From Azolla caroliniana (Eukaryota > Plantae > Polypodiophyta): a stretch of DNA of 64,000 nt. The notes beneath the pieces were generated by a model. The model was not told the DNA's origin. It did not search any database and was given only the letters and a program-made list of their open reading frames with translations. Position numbers and translations under genes: made by a program. The stretch covers positions 62,001 through 126,000 of the forward strand of contig JBHGNT010000059.1 of the NCBI GenBank assembly GCA_043228905.1, given 5' to 3'. Shown piece by piece: positions 9,879-23,080 of this stretch; positions within the stretch are counted from its first letter, which is position 1; each line of letters starts with the position of its first letter.

Positions 9879-11565
9879 TTTGGTATCAGATTTTTTTACT
9901 AATGTTTCTTTGTTTTTCATTTGTCTTTTGATTGATGCTGATCGATTATTGTGCGGTTGGCCTTGATCCAGACAACGATCAACAAAGAACTTCGGTAACT
10001 CTTTCCATATTTTTTTTTCTATTCTCTCTTCTCCCATCTAATCATGTGTTTAGTTTATATGTAATTTTTTTCATTAAATCAATGATGTTGTAGTGGTCTT
10101 TAATTGATTATCTAAAACGTTTACATATGTGCACGAGGTCAATACCTCGTTTGACATATTAATAATATGTGATGAGTGTCGTATGCGTAGGAGGTTAATA
10201 CCTCAATTACGTATTACGTTCACGAACATATGTTACGTTTGCGTATGAGTTTAATACCTTAATTTGTTGTAAACGATATGCGTTTGGTCTCGTATGCGTA
10301 AGAGGTCAATACCTCCATTGCGTATTACGATGATCTCTTATTTGTGGATGTTTCGTGTGCGTAGAGGTATATACCTCGATTACGGATCTCAATCACATCA
10401 TTTGTGGCTATTTAATATAACGATATGTTTAATATAGGCATATGTGGTCACATATATACGTATTTGATCGTATATATGTGAAAAGTAAACATATGTGTAT
10501 ATTCGTTATTACGTGATTATGTCGAAAGTTGTCATGGTCGGGAAAAGGATGTTGGTGGCCGTCCTCACATTTTTGTGAGAATGGCGTTGTCACCATTCCT
10601 TTTTCAACAATTTTTTATTGTTGACAACCCCGTTGATGACCTCGATTTCGTTACGTAAAGAAACGCAATAGCCATAATGATGTTGAGTACGTAGGGCTTG
10701 ACCCACTTCAAGTGAGGTCGCTCCAATGACGCACGTATCCAACATCCTTCCCTCGTCACATGGATACGATGCCACCATGAGCTCGTTCTTACGAGAGGCA
10801 TTCGTAATGACGTGACCATGTGATGGCCCACGTGAGCCTACTACGAAACGAGGGCTCATTTGGCTTCACCATTAGGTTGCACTTTGGCGTATGCCATCGT
10901 AATTACGAGACTTGAGGTTAGGTAACGTACCAACATAGAGTTGGTAAATGAGGGCGAAATAAGGACCCTTGACATATATGTTCTTTTAAAAAAACGTATA
11001 TGATCAATTGCCTCGCATATCTCTTATACGCATCAAACATTAAGCATTCGAGAAGAGCAACTTACTTGGTTGGCTCAAGTGTTTAATGTATTTGTTCTCG
11101 AGGTCTCGAGTTCAAATATGACCAAGACCATACAACATCCTTGATACATATGACTATAACACATGTTTAGACTTAAGGTCTAAGTGCACCTCGGGGTCCT
11201 CGTAATAGGACTTAAAGAGCCGAAACCACTTATGTGGGCACCGAAACATAGTTTATTGTTAACATTTTTTTTCGTGTATAAACTATTCATGACGCGAACA
11301 TACATGGTTGAGCCTCGGGGAGCCACCATGAAAAAATCGATATAGAGATCAGGGAAAGACATTTATTTGTCACCCCCATGGTTTTTAAAACACCTTTGTG
11401 TTACCATAGTAACCTGATCTTGAACCTCATCTCATACGTCTAGAGGGGTATTGACGTGAGATAATGATATCGATTAATGCTCGCCCATGATATGTTTACA
11501 TCACGACAACATGTTATGACTATATCTCTGACCTTATCCTATTTCTTTTCCAGAAATAATCTTTA

Positions 11566-14500
11566 ATGGCTCAAATTAACGACCCGATGTCATCCGCTCA
11601 AGCGGAAGGAACTCAAGGGAATCCTCCTGGACAAATGTCCACTGAGATGTATTTGGCACAAATAACCCAATACCTTAGTTTCACCGCTCAACAGATGACC
11701 GAACTTCGGCAATCTCAGAGTGCTCTTGAGGCACGTGTCATTAGTCTACAACGTGAGACTAATAGACCTGATGAGCGACAAGGTGAACCATCATTTGTCG
11801 TTAAGCCATTTACGGGAGACAAAAAGGAAAGAACCGAAGAAGCAATCTGCACATGGCTTGGACGATGGGAGTCTCATTTTGAGCTCTATCCCACGCCAGA
11901 TAGTACGAAGATTGCATATGTCGGCCGAGAACTCGGGGGTAAGGCCGCCGCTTGGTGGCGTGGCCTCCGTACTATGGGGAAATTGCCCGATACCTGGACA
12001 GATTTTGTCACGGTTTTTAAGGGCCAATTTCTGCAACCTCCCTCTCGAACCGAGGCAGCACAAGCTTTAATGAACCTCTCTAGCAGGAAATTTTCCTCGC
12101 TAGAAGACTATGTTCACCATGCTAGAACCCAAATCCAAAAATCGGGTCTAGAAGGGGACAATTGGTTGATAGCTTGTTTTGTCAATGGCATCCCCAATTC
12201 GGACTATCACTGGATAGTGCACGATAAGGATCCAAAATCCTTCGAAGAGGCCGTTGAAATAGTTCTTCGCTATCAACGCACTTCGAAGAAGGACCATAAC
12301 AAACCCAACGGAGTGCCCGGGACTAAGCAGTCGCAATTTGTTGGGAAACGCAAGACACCCAACGAATTCCTGGATCGCGATTGTAAGCGACAACATCCTT
12401 TTTGTGTATTCTGCAAAAAGAAGGGTCATACAAAAGATCAATGTCGAAAGCTCCAACGGAAAGAGCACGACAACAAAGCTAAAGCTGTAGACCATAAAGG
12501 TCAGATTCCTAATGTCCTTCAGGTCTATACACACCATTTAAGTAATTGTCAATGTTCTTTTCCTCACTATGTATTGGGTCCCAATGATTTACTACGTGCA
12601 AACGGGTATATCAATGGATCTCCCGTACAATTTTTATTTGATTCGGGAAGCTCACACAATTTTGTGAATGATCGTTTGGTTCAGATATGGGGAATCCAAC
12701 CCACCGTAAGTGATCACACCTACACGGTGCACTTGGCTGATGGAAGAGTACAATACATCAACGGGGCGATTCATTCATTAGGAATTTCTATTGATACTTA
12801 TATAGAGGAAGTAGACTTCCATGTAATGAATCTTTGTACCACCGATGTAATACTGGGTTATCCCTGGTTTTATAATAAAAACTCTTCTTTATTTATTGAT
12901 TGGGTTCGTCATTCCATTTCTTTTGTACTGAACGATTGTACGCATTTTATTCAATGTGTAAAAAAACAATCCCTCTCGATTGTTTCCTCGTGTCCATCAA
13001 TATCCGAGTTGTCTTGTTCTACGTTATTTTATTGTGTACTTGATCCGGACATTCACGTTTACAATATCGAAAATGTCCCGATTCAATTAACATATTTTGA
13101 ACAACAACAACTTGATGAAATCTTAAATGATTTTCATGATGTTTTTCCAAGTGAACTACCTGATGGGTTACCTCCTAAACGTAATATAGACCATCGTATA
13201 GATATTGTACCTGGTGTTGCACCAATAAGTATACCTCCGTATCGCTTAAGTCGATCCGAAGAAGATGAGGTATCTAAGCAACTCAAGGACTATTTACGAA
13301 TGGGTTATATACGTTATAGTAAATCTCCCTGGGGTGCACCAGTTCTCTTGGTTAAAAAGAAAGAGGGCACATGGCGTATGTGTATTAATTACCGACGCTT
13401 GAATAAAGTGACGATCAAGAATTCGTATCCATTGCCCCGGGCTGACGATCTAATTGACCGTCTCCAGGGAGCTCGGTATTTTACGAAACTTGATCTCCGT
13501 ACTGGCTACCATCAAATACGAATAAGTGAGGACGATGTTCCTAAAACGGCATTTCGTACGCGCTATGGCCATTACGAGTTTTTGGTTATGCCTTTTGGTT
13601 TGACCAATGCTCCGGCTACTTTTCAACAAGAAATGAATGACATTTTCCGAGAACAACTTGGAAAATTTGTCGTTATTTTCTTGGATGATATTTTAGTTTA
13701 TAGCCGTACATTACAAGAACATGCTAGACATGTCCGCTTTGTTTTACAAACATTGCGTGACAAACAGTTTTATGCGAAGATCTCAAAATGTGAGTTCTTC
13801 AAGAAATCAATTACTTATCTAGGACATCTCATAACCGAACGAGGAGTTGAAATTGATCCTTCTCGCATTGAGAAAATCAAGCTTTGGCCCACTCTTCGGA
13901 ATATTCGAGAAGTTCGATCATTCCTTGGTTTTGTGGGGTTTTTGCGAAAGTCTCTTCGTAATTACTCCCAATTGACGACGCCGTTTACTGATCTTTTAAA
14001 AGGTCAAACGCGTAAGTCTACAAAACCTATTGTGTGGAATGCTACACTAGACCTTGCATTTAAGGAACTCAAGGACCTAGTTTGCAAGGCTCCTTCACTT
14101 CTTTTACCTGATCCTTCAAAACCTTTTGAGGTTGAAACCGATGCAAGCGATTATGCTATAGGTGCTGTCTTGTATCAAGATGGTAAACCAATAGCATTCG
14201 AGAGTAAGAAACTTGATTCTGCTCAATGTCGGTATACCGTTCAAGAAAAGGAATTATTTGCAGTTATACATGCGCTCAAAACATGGCGCCATTATCTTTA
14301 TGGAAATCACTTTGTGGTAACTACGGACCACGAGTCCTTGAAATATTTCTGTGACCAACAAGACCTGAAAGGTCGTAAGGCACGATGGGCTGATCTCATC
14401 CAGGACTTTGATTTTTCCATACGATATCGTAAAGGTTCCATGAACATTGTCGCTGATGCACTAAGTCGCATCCGTGAAGTTAACACGCTTAGCTTCACTG

Positions 14501-15999
14501 AAATATCATCAGATCTTTATGATCACCTTCGAGGAAAGTATCCTGATGACAGTTATTTCGCAAAATACTGGGCTAGAGTTGAGTCTGGAACAGACACCAC
14601 CACATCCTCGAAGGAATACTTCCACATTGCTAACGGTTTGCTCTACCGTAATGGGAAGGTTTGTGTTCCAGATTTACCCGAGGTCAAAAAGAGGATTCTT
14701 TTTGAATGCCATGATGCACCCTCAGCAGGGCACCCTGGAATACATCGTACACTCGTTCTCATCTCCACTCAATTTTATTGGCCTAAGATGTGTCCTGACA
14801 TACATAGCTATGTGACTAAATGTCACCAGTGTCAGGTTAACAAAGCCGAGCGACTTAAAGCCGCAGGACTTTTACATCCCTTGGACATTCCCAATAATAA
14901 GTGGGAAAGTATATCCATGGATTTTATTGTTAGCCTTCCTCGCACCCAAAAAGGTCATGATGCCATCTGGGTTGTCGTTGATCGACTAACTAAAATGGCC
15001 AGATTTATTGCTACTAAAACCACGGTAACAGCTCCTGAATTGGCTTACCAATTTGTTGACGAATTGTTTCGTTTTTATGGGTTACCGATGGATATCGTGA
15101 GTGATCGAGATCCAAAGTTTACTAGTGACTTCTGGACACAAGTCTTTAAGAAGTTAGAAACTACGTTGAGCATGAGCTCCACGGATCATCCTCAATCCGA
15201 TGGACAGACAGAACGAGTAAATCAAATTATTGAGGACATGCTTCGAGCATACGTTGGTGCAAAACCAACAAAATGGGAACGTTATCTCCCAATTTTGGAG
15301 TTTGCTTATAACAGCTCCAAGCATACGTCGACGGGATATAGTCCTTTTATGTTGATGTATGGTTTTCAGCCACGAGCCCCGATTGATGTTAATATACATC
15401 ATGATGAGTTGCGAAGTACGCAAAACTTTCTTCGGGATATGCAAGATATGTTGCATATTGCACGAGATAATATAAAAACAGCTCAAGATAGAGCGCGTTT
15501 TTATGCCGATCATCATAGGCAACCTCGTGTATTCAACCCTGGACAGAAGGTATTTTTACGTGTACCTCACAATTCTAAGACATTGTCTACGGGTAAGTGC
15601 GCTAAGTTAGCCCCACGGTTTTGTGGACCTTTTACAGTCCTCAAACGCATTGGGTCATCAGCCTATCGTCTCGCTCTTCCCGATGGTGTCGGAATTCATC
15701 CAGTCTTTCATGTGAGTCGTCTAAAAGAACTTCTAGGTTCTGGCGACAATACAGTTACGACTGAAACTCTGGTTACTTCTGAAGAATTATCTTCTAAACC
15801 ACATGTACCAGAAAGAATTCTCGATGTTAAAACAAAAAAATTACGTACTAAAGAAATCCGAGAATTCAAAATAAAATGGATGGATAAATCAATAAAAGAT
15901 GCCACATGGGAACGCGAAAATACTCTTAGAACTAACTTCCCTAACTTTCCATTGCAAGAGTGCAATGTTTTAAAGAGGGGGAGTATGTTACGGGCATGA
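11566..15999 (+). CDS. gag-pol: Gag-Pol polyprotein (Gag, CCHC knuckle, protease, RT, RNase H, integrase, chromodomain), 1477 aa
   Basis: [14 protein letters not shown]; LFDSGS; FLDD; ETDAS; HHCC zinc finger; [14 protein letters not shown]; GPF; C-terminal PERILD..IKW..DATWE chromodomain. Confidence 0.97.
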   Translation: MAQINDPMSSAQAEGTQGNPPGQMSTEMYLAQITQYLSFTAQQMTELRQSQSALEARVISLQRETNRPDERQGEPSFVVKPFTGDKKERTEEAICTWLGRWESHFELYPTPDSTKIAYVGRELGGKAAAWWRGLRTMGKLPDTWTDFVTVFKGQFLQPPSRTEAAQALMNLSSRKFSSLEDYVHHARTQIQKSGLEGDNWLIACFVNGIPNSDYHWIVHDKDPKSFEEAVEIVLRYQRTSKKDHNKPNGVPGTKQSQFVGKRKTPNEFLDRDCKRQHPFCVFCKKKGHTKDQCRKLQRKEHDNKAKAVDHKGQIPNVLQVYTHHLSNCQCSFPHYVLGPNDLLRANGYINGSPVQFLFDSGSSHNFVNDRLVQIWGIQPTVSDHTYTVHLADGRVQYINGAIHSLGISIDTYIEEVDFHVMNLCTTDVILGYPWFYNKNSSLFIDWVRHSISFVLNDCTHFIQCVKKQSLSIVSSCPSISELSCSTLFYCVLDPDIHVYNIENVPIQLTYFEQQQLDEILNDFHDVFPSELPDGLPPKRNIDHRIDIVPGVAPISIPPYRLSRSEEDEVSKQLKDYLRMGYIRYSKSPWGAPVLLVKKKEGTWRMCINYRRLNKVTIKNSYPLPRADDLIDRLQGARYFTKLDLRTGYHQIRISEDDVPKTAFRTRYGHYEFLVMPFGLTNAPATFQQEMNDIFREQLGKFVVIFLDDILVYSRTLQEHARHVRFVLQTLRDKQFYAKISKCEFFKKSITYLGHLITERGVEIDPSRIEKIKLWPTLRNIREVRSFLGFVGFLRKSLRNYSQLTTPFTDLLKGQTRKSTKPIVWNATLDLAFKELKDLVCKAPSLLLPDPSKPFEVETDASDYAIGAVLYQDGKPIAFESKKLDSAQCRYTVQEKELFAVIHALKTWRHYLYGNHFVVTTDHESLKYFCDQQDLKGRKARWADLIQDFDFSIRYRKGSMNIVADALSRIREVNTLSFTEISSDLYDHLRGKYPDDSYFAKYWARVESGTDTTTSSKEYFHIANGLLYRNGKVCVPDLPEVKKRILFECHDAPSAGHPGIHRTLVLISTQFYWPKMCPDIHSYVTKCHQCQVNKAERLKAAGLLHPLDIPNNKWESISMDFIVSLPRTQKGHDAIWVVVDRLTKMARFIATKTTVTAPELAYQFVDELFRFYGLPMDIVSDRDPKFTSDFWTQVFKKLETTLSMSSTDHPQSDGQTERVNQIIEDMLRAYVGAKPTKWERYLPILEFAYNSSKHTSTGYSPFMLMYGFQPRAPIDVNIHHDELRSTQNFLRDMQDMLHIARDNIKTAQDRARFYADHHRQPRVFNPGQKVFLRVPHNSKTLSTGKCAKLAPRFCGPFTVLKRIGSSAYRLALPDGVGIHPVFHVSRLKELLGSGDNTVTTETLVTSEELSSKPHVPERILDVKTKKLRTKEIREFKIKWMDKSIKDATWERENTLRTNFPNFPLQECNVLKRGSMLRA

Positions 16000-16440
16000 C
16001 CATATAATATCCCGTGGTAAGAATTTACCGTAGTATTCTATACACGTGGATAAGTGTGAGGGTTAAATGAGAGTGTAAAGAAGGGGAGGATTACTTTTAA
16101 TCCTCGGGATTGAGACAACCCATTAGGTCAAGTGTGAACTTGCCTGGGGGCCTTGGGTATCGCTATAAATAAGAGGCCTAGCTACCCTCATTTGATCATC
16201 TTTTGACTACATCGAGACTCTGCTCGTGTGGTGGGTCAACTCTTGTAGCGAGCGCGCCAGCACCAGGTACGACTCGACGCCACGGCGGTGGTATGGGACG
16301 CCGATCGAGGCTCGAGTCCGTCTCGATCCCTTCGCTCGGGGGTGGTCGGGTGGATCGGCACCCTTCTTTCTCTTTCTCCTTTCTATCTATCTTTTCATTA
16401 TCCTTATCTTAAGCTTACATTAGTACTATGATCTATAATA
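15986..16440 (+). repeat. 3' LTR, inner chromovirus
   Basis: Follows the PPT; ends at TSD TCCAT. Confidence 0.96.
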
Positions 16441-17691
16441 TCCATTGCGTATTACGATGATCTCTTATTTGTGGATGTTTCGTGTGCGTAGAGGTATATA
16501 CCTCGATTACGTATCTCGATCACATCATTTGTGGCTATTTTCTATAACGATATGTTGAATATAGGCATATGTGGTCACATATATACGTATTTGATCGTAT
16601 ATATGTGATAAGTAAACATATGTGTATATTCGTTATTACGTGATTATATCGAAAGTTGTCATGATCGGGAAAAGGATGTTGGTGGCCGTCCTCACATTTT
16701 TGTGAGAATGGCGTTGTCACCATCCCTTTTTCAACATTTTTTTATTGTTGATAACCCCGTTGATGACCTCGATTTCGTTACGTAAAGAAACGCAATAGCC
16801 ATAATGATGTTGAGTACGTAGGGCTTGACCCACTTCAAGTGAGGTCGCTCCAATGACGCACGTATCCAACATCCCTCCCTCGTTACATGGATACGATGCC
16901 ACCATGAGCTCGTTCTTACGAGAGGCATTCGTAATGACGTGACCATGTGATGGCCCACATGAGCCTACTACGAAACGAGGGCTCATTTGGCTTGACCATT
17001 AGGTTGCACTTTGGCGTATGCCATCGTAATTACGAGACTTGAGGTTAGGTAACGTACCAACATAGTTTTGGTAAATGAGGGCGAAATAAGGACCTTGACA
17101 TATATGTTCTTTTAAAAAAACATATATGATCAATTGCCTCGCATATCTCTTATACGCATCAAACATTAAACATTCGAGAAGACCAACTTACTTGGTTGGC
17201 TCAAGTGTTTAATGTATTTGTTCTCGAGGTCTCGAGTTCAAATATGACCAAGACCATACAACATCCTTGATACATATGACTATACCACATGTTTAGACTT
17301 AAGGTCTAAGTGCACCTCGGGGTCCTCGTAATAGGACTTAAAGAGCCGAAACCACTTATGTGGGCACCGAAACATAGTTTATTGTTAACATTTTTTTTCG
17401 TGTATAAACTATTCATGACGCGAACATACATGGTTGAGCCTCGGGGAGCCACCATGAAAAAATCGATATAGAGATCAGGGAAAGACATTTATTTGTCACC
17501 CCCATGGTTTTTAAAACACCTTTGTGTTACCATAGTAACCTGATCTCGAACCTCATCTCATACGTCTAGAGGGGTATTGACGTGAGATAATGATATCGAT
17601 TAATGCTCGCCCATGATATGTTTACATCACGACATGATGTTATGACTATATCTCTGACCTTATCCTATTTCTTTTCCAGAAATAATCTTTA

Positions 17692-20600
17692 ATGGCTCAA
17701 ATTAACGACCCGATGTCATCCGCTCAAGCGGAAGGAACTCAAGGGAATCCTCCTGGACAAATGTCCACTGAGATGTATTTGGCACAAATAACCCAATTCC
17801 TTAGTTTCACCGCTCAACAGATGACCGAACTTCGGCAATCTCAGAGTGCTCTTGAGGCACGTGTCATTAGTCTACAACGTGAGACTAATAGACCTGATGA
17901 GCGACAAGGTGAACCATCATTTGTCGTTAAGCCATTTACGGGAGACAAAAAGGAAAGAACCGAAGAAGCAATCTGCACATGGCTGGGACGATGGGAGTCT
18001 CATTTTGAGCTCTATCCCACGCCAGATAGTACGAAGATTGCATATGTCGGCCGAGAACTCGGGGGTAAGGCCGCCGCCTGGTGGCGTGGCCTCCGTACTA
18101 TGGGGAAATTGCCCGATACCTGGACAGATTTTGTCACGGTTTTTAAGGGCCAATTTCTGCAACCTCCCTCTCGAACCGAGGCAGCACAAGCTTTAATGAA
18201 CCTCTCTAGCAGGAAATTTTCCTCGCTAGAAGACTATGTTCACCATGCTAGAACCCAAATCCAAAAATCGGGTCTAGAAGGAGACAATTGGTTGATAGCT
18301 TGTTTTGTCAATGGCATCCCCAATTCGGACTATCACTGGATAGTGCACGATAAGGATCCAAAATCCTTCAAAGAGGCCGTTGAAATAGTTCTTCGCTATC
18401 AACGCACTTCGAAGAAGGACCATAACAAACCCAACGAAGCGCCCGGGACTAAGCAGTTGCAATTTGTTGGGAAACGCAAGACACCCAACAAATTCCTGGA
18501 TCGCGATTGTAAGCGACAACATCCTTTTTGTGTATTCTGCAAAAAGAAGGGTCATACAAAAGATCAATGTCGAAAGCTCCAACGGAAAGAGCACGACAAC
18601 AAAGCTAAAGCTGCAGACCATAAAGGTCAGATTCCTAATGTCCTTCAGGTCTATACACATCATTTAAGTAATTGTCAATGTTCTTTCCCTCACTATGTAT
18701 TGGGTCCCAATGATTTACTACGTGCAAACGGGTATATCAATGGATCTCCCGTACAATTTTTATTTGATTCGGGAAGCTCACACAATTTTGTGAATGATCG
18801 TTTGGTTCAGATATGGGGAATCCAACCCACCGTAAGTGATCACACCTACACGGTGCACTTGGCTGATGGAAGAGTACAATGCATCAACGGGGCGATTCAT
18901 TCATTAGGAATTTCTATTGGTACTTATATAGAGGAAGTAGACTTCCATGTAATGAATCTTTGTACCACCGATGTAATACTGGGTTATCCCTGGTTTTATA
19001 ATAAAAACTCTTCTTTATTTATTGATTGGGTTCATCATTCCATTTCTTTTGTACTGAACGATTGTACGCATTTTATTCAATGTGTAAAAAAACAATCCCT
19101 CTCGATTGTTTCCTCGTGTCCATCAATATCCGAGTTGTCTTGTTCTACGTTATTTTATTGTGTACTTGATCCGGACATTCACGTTTACAATATCGATAAT
19201 GTCCCGATTCAATTAACATATTTTGAACAACAACAACTTGATGAAATCTTAAATGATTTTCATGATGTTTTCCCAAGTGAACTACCTGATGGGTTACCTC
19301 CTAAACGTAATATAGACCATCGTATAGATATTGTACCTGGTGTTGCACCAATAAGTATACCTCCGTATCGCTTAAGTCGATCCGAAGAAGATGAGGTATC
19401 TAAGCAACTCAAGGACTATTTACGAATGGGTTATATACGTTATAGTAAATCTCCATGGGGTGCACCAGTTCTCTTGGTTAAAAAGAAAGAGGGCACATGG
19501 CGTATGTGTATTAATTACCGACGCTTGAATAAAGTGACGATCAAGAATTCGTATCCATTGCCCCGGGCTGACGATCTAATTGACCGTCTCCAGGGAGCTC
19601 GATATTTTACGAAACTTGATCTCCGTACTGGCTACCATCAAATACGAATAAGTGAGGACGATGTTCCTAAAACGGCATTTCGTACGCGCTATGGCCATTA
19701 CGAGTTTTTGGTTATGCCTTTTGGTTTGACCAATGCTCCGGCTACTTTTCAACAAGAAATGAATGACATTTTCCAAGATCAACTTGGAAAATTTGTCGTT
19801 ATTTTCTTGGATGATATTTTAGTTTATAGCCGTACATTACAAGAACATGCTAGACATGTCCGCTTTGTTTTACAAACATTGCGTGACAAACAGTTTTATG
19901 CGAAGATCTCAAAATGTGAGTTCTTCAAGAAATCAATTACTTATCTAGGACATCTCATAACCGAACGAGGAGTTGAAATTGATCCTTCTCGCATTGAGAA
20001 AATCAAGCTTTGGCCCACTCTTCGGAATATTCGAGAAGTTCGATCATTCCTTGGTTTTGTGGGGTTTTTGCGAAAGTCTCTTCGTAATTACTCCCAATTG
20101 ACGACGCCGTTTACTGATCTTTTAAAAGGTCAAACGCGTAAGTCTACAAAACCTATTGTGTGGAATGCTACACTAGACCTTGCCTTTAAGGAACTCAAGG
20201 ACCTGGTTTGCAAGGCTCCTTCACTTCTTTTACCCGATCCTTCAAAACCTTTTGAGGTTGAAACCGATGCAAGCGATTATGCTATAGGTGCTGTCTTGTA
20301 TCAAGATGGTAAACCAATAGCATTCGAGAGTAAGAAACTTGATTCTGCTCAATGTCGGTATACCGTTCAAGAAAAGGAATTATTTGCAGTTATACATGCG
20401 CTCAAAACATGGCGCCATTATCTTTATGGAAATCACTTTGTGGTAACTACGGACCACGAGTCCTTGAAATATTTTTGTGACCAACAAGACCTGAAAGGTC
20501 GTAAGGCACGATGGGCTGATCTCATCCAGGACTTTGATTTTTCCATACGATATCGTAAAGGTTCCATGAACATTGTCGCTGATGCACTAAGTCGCATCCG

Positions 20601-22125
20601 TGAAGTTAACATGCTTAGCTTCACTGAAATATCATCAGATCTTTATGATCACCTTCGAGGAAAGTATCCTGATGACAGTTATTTTGCAAAATACTGGGCA
20701 AGAGTTGAGTCTGGAACAGACACCACCACATCCTCGAAGGAATACTTCCACATTGCTAACGGTTTGCTCTACCGTAATGGGAAGGTTTGTGTTCCAGATT
20801 TACCCGAGGTCAAAAAGAGGATTCTTTTTGAATGCCATGATGCACCCTCAGCAGGGCACCCTGGAATACATCGTACACTCGTTCTCATCTCCACTCAATT
20901 TTATTGGCCTAAGATGCGTCCTGACATACATAGCTATGTGACTAAATGTCACCAGTGTCAGGTTAACAAAGCCGAGCGACTTAAAGCCGCAGGACTTTTA
21001 CATCCCTTGGACATTCCCAATAATAAGTGGGAAAGTATATCCATGGATTTTATTGTTAGCCTTCCTCGCACCCAAAAAGGTCATGATGCCATCTGGGTTG
21101 TCGTTGATCGACTAACTAAAATGGCCAGATTTATTGCTACTAAAACCACGGTAACAGCTCCTGAATTGGCTTACCAATTCGTTGACGAATTGTTTCGTTT
21201 TTATGGGTTACCGATGGATATCGTGAGTGATCGAGATCCAAAGTTTACTAGTGACTTCTGGACACAAGTCTTTAAGAAGTTAGAAACTACGTTGAGCATG
21301 AGCTCCACGGATCATCCTCAATCCGATGGACAGACAAAACGAGTAAATCAAATTATTGAGGACATGCTTCGAGCATACGTTGGTGCAAAACCAACAAAAT
21401 GGGAACGTTATCTCCCAATTTTGGAGTTTGCTTATAACAGCTCCAAGCATACGTCGACGGGATATAGTCCTTTTATGTTGATGTATGGTTTTCAGCCACG
21501 AGCCCCGATTGATGTTACTATACATCATGATGAGTTGCGAAGTACGCAAAACTTCCTTCGGGATATGCAAGATATGTTGCATATTGCACGAGATAATATA
21601 AAAACAGCTCAAGATAGAGCACGTTTTTATGCCGATCATCATAGGCAACCTCGTGTATTCAACCCTGGACAGAAGGTATTTTTACGTGTACCTCACAATT
21701 CCAAGACATTGTCTACGGGTAAGTGCGCTAAGCTAGCCCCACGGTTTTGTGGACCTTTTACAGTCCTCAAACGCATTGGGTCATCAGCCTATCGTCTCGC
21801 TCTTCCCGATGGTGTCGGAATTCATCCAGTCTTTCATGTGAGTCGTCTAAAAGAACTTCTAGGTTCTGGCGACAATACAGTTACGACTGAAACTCTGGTT
21901 ACTTCTGAAGAATTATCTTCTAAACCACATGTACCAGAAAGAATTCTCGATGTTAAAACAAAAAAATTACGTACTAAAGAAATCCGAGAATTTAAAATAA
22001 AATGGCTGGATAAATCAATAAAAGATGCCACATGGGAACGCGAAACTACTCTTAGAACTAACTTCCCTAACTTTCCATTGCAAGAGTGCAATGTTTTAAA
22101 GAGGGGGAGTATGTTACGAGCATGA
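17692..22125 (+). CDS. gag-pol: Gag-Pol polyprotein of the outer chromovirus, 1477 aa, with integrase catalytic E->K
   Basis: Same domains as 11566-15999 with scattered substitutions; GQTKRVN instead of GQTERVN. Confidence 0.95.
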   Translation: MAQINDPMSSAQAEGTQGNPPGQMSTEMYLAQITQFLSFTAQQMTELRQSQSALEARVISLQRETNRPDERQGEPSFVVKPFTGDKKERTEEAICTWLGRWESHFELYPTPDSTKIAYVGRELGGKAAAWWRGLRTMGKLPDTWTDFVTVFKGQFLQPPSRTEAAQALMNLSSRKFSSLEDYVHHARTQIQKSGLEGDNWLIACFVNGIPNSDYHWIVHDKDPKSFKEAVEIVLRYQRTSKKDHNKPNEAPGTKQLQFVGKRKTPNKFLDRDCKRQHPFCVFCKKKGHTKDQCRKLQRKEHDNKAKAADHKGQIPNVLQVYTHHLSNCQCSFPHYVLGPNDLLRANGYINGSPVQFLFDSGSSHNFVNDRLVQIWGIQPTVSDHTYTVHLADGRVQCINGAIHSLGISIGTYIEEVDFHVMNLCTTDVILGYPWFYNKNSSLFIDWVHHSISFVLNDCTHFIQCVKKQSLSIVSSCPSISELSCSTLFYCVLDPDIHVYNIDNVPIQLTYFEQQQLDEILNDFHDVFPSELPDGLPPKRNIDHRIDIVPGVAPISIPPYRLSRSEEDEVSKQLKDYLRMGYIRYSKSPWGAPVLLVKKKEGTWRMCINYRRLNKVTIKNSYPLPRADDLIDRLQGARYFTKLDLRTGYHQIRISEDDVPKTAFRTRYGHYEFLVMPFGLTNAPATFQQEMNDIFQDQLGKFVVIFLDDILVYSRTLQEHARHVRFVLQTLRDKQFYAKISKCEFFKKSITYLGHLITERGVEIDPSRIEKIKLWPTLRNIREVRSFLGFVGFLRKSLRNYSQLTTPFTDLLKGQTRKSTKPIVWNATLDLAFKELKDLVCKAPSLLLPDPSKPFEVETDASDYAIGAVLYQDGKPIAFESKKLDSAQCRYTVQEKELFAVIHALKTWRHYLYGNHFVVTTDHESLKYFCDQQDLKGRKARWADLIQDFDFSIRYRKGSMNIVADALSRIREVNMLSFTEISSDLYDHLRGKYPDDSYFAKYWARVESGTDTTTSSKEYFHIANGLLYRNGKVCVPDLPEVKKRILFECHDAPSAGHPGIHRTLVLISTQFYWPKMRPDIHSYVTKCHQCQVNKAERLKAAGLLHPLDIPNNKWESISMDFIVSLPRTQKGHDAIWVVVDRLTKMARFIATKTTVTAPELAYQFVDELFRFYGLPMDIVSDRDPKFTSDFWTQVFKKLETTLSMSSTDHPQSDGQTKRVNQIIEDMLRAYVGAKPTKWERYLPILEFAYNSSKHTSTGYSPFMLMYGFQPRAPIDVTIHHDELRSTQNFLRDMQDMLHIARDNIKTAQDRARFYADHHRQPRVFNPGQKVFLRVPHNSKTLSTGKCAKLAPRFCGPFTVLKRIGSSAYRLALPDGVGIHPVFHVSRLKELLGSGDNTVTTETLVTSEELSSKPHVPERILDVKTKKLRTKEIREFKIKWLDKSIKDATWERETTLRTNFPNFPLQECNVLKRGSMLRA

Positions 22126-22565
22126 CCATATAATATCCCGTGGTAAGAATTTACCGTAGTAATCTATACACGTGGATAAGTGTGAGGGTTAAATGAGAGT
22201 GTAAAGAAGGGGAGGATTACTTTTATCCTCGGGATTGAGACAACCCATTAGGTCAAGTGTGAACTTGCATGGGGGCCTTGGGTATCGCTATAAATAAGAG
22301 GCCTAGCTACCCTCATTTGATCATGTTTTGACTACATCGAGACTCTGCTCGTGTGGTGGGTCAACTCTTGTAGCGAGCGCGCCAGCACCAGGTACGACTC
22401 GACGCCACGGCGGTGGTATGGGACGCCGATCGAGGCTCGAGTCCGTCTCGATCCCTTCGCTCGGGGGTGGTCGGGTGGATCGGCACCCTTCTTTCTCTTT
22501 CTCCTTTCTATCTATCTTTTCATTATCCTTATCTTAAGCTTACATTAGTATCAAGATCTATAATA
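22112..22565 (+). repeat. 3' LTR, outer chromovirus
   Basis: Follows the PPT; ends at TSD GATCC. Confidence 0.96.
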
Positions 22566-23080
22566 GATCCTTCACGACGTCGGTCGCGCCTCTCCTGCTT
22601 GACATCCTCCTCCCTACGTCGATCGCGCCTCTCGTCGCGTGACTCATCACGATCGCGACCGCGACGATTCCGTTCCTCTTCGGACTCTCTCTTGTTGTCT
22701 CCGTAGCGCCCCTCCTCGATGGACCCCTCGCGACGTCCCCCGCGCCTCTCCTCATCGAAATCCTCCTCCCTGCGTCGATCGCGCCTCTCCTCACGTGGCT
22801 CATCGCGATCGTGACTGCGACGATCCCGGTCCTCATCCGACCCTCTCTTGTTGTCTCTGTAGCGCCTCTCATCGATGGATCCCTCACGACGTCCGCTGCG
22901 CCTCTCCTTGTCGACATCCTCCTCCCTACGTCGATCGCGTCTCTCCTCGTCAATGTCTCCCTCTCTTCGTCGATCGCGCCTCTCCTCTTCGCGATCCCGT
23001 CCTACAGATCTAGCATTGGCCGCGCCGCAGGCGGCTAGCATGATAACCGCCATGAGGAATATGATAGTGAGCTTCGCCAT
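22566..23080 (-). pseudogene. 5' half of the split array gene; reads into the LTR and stops at 22529 (183 aa)
   Basis: Signal peptide and repeats are intact; ends REGS-IIDLDTNVSLR* in the LTR. Confidence 0.93.

Larger units (their letters stand above)
9424..16440 (+). mobile_element. Ty3/gypsy chromovirus, intact inner copy nested in the leader of the same family
   Basis: 455-bp LTRs 9424-9878 and 15986-16440; TSD TCCAT at 9419-9423 and 16441-16445; PBS TGGTATCAGA at 9881-9890; PPT at 15972-15983. Confidence 0.97.
8528..22565 (+). mobile_element. Ty3/gypsy chromovirus LTR retrotransposon (outer copy, contains a nested copy)
   Basis: 454-bp LTRs 8528-8981 and 22112-22565; TSD GATCC at 8523-8527 and 22566-22570; short tRNA-Met PBS TGGTATCA after the 5' LTR; PPT AAAGAGGGGGAG at 22098-22109. 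Confidence 0.97.

Noticed and set aside
13381-13401. RT motif CINYRRL instead of CxDYRxL as an inactivating lesion
   Set aside because: Not a catalytic Asp and shared by both recently inserted copies.
8528-22565. Tandem LTR retrotransposon sharing a middle LTR
   Set aside because: Two independent TSD pairs and the LTR haplotype pairing show nesting.
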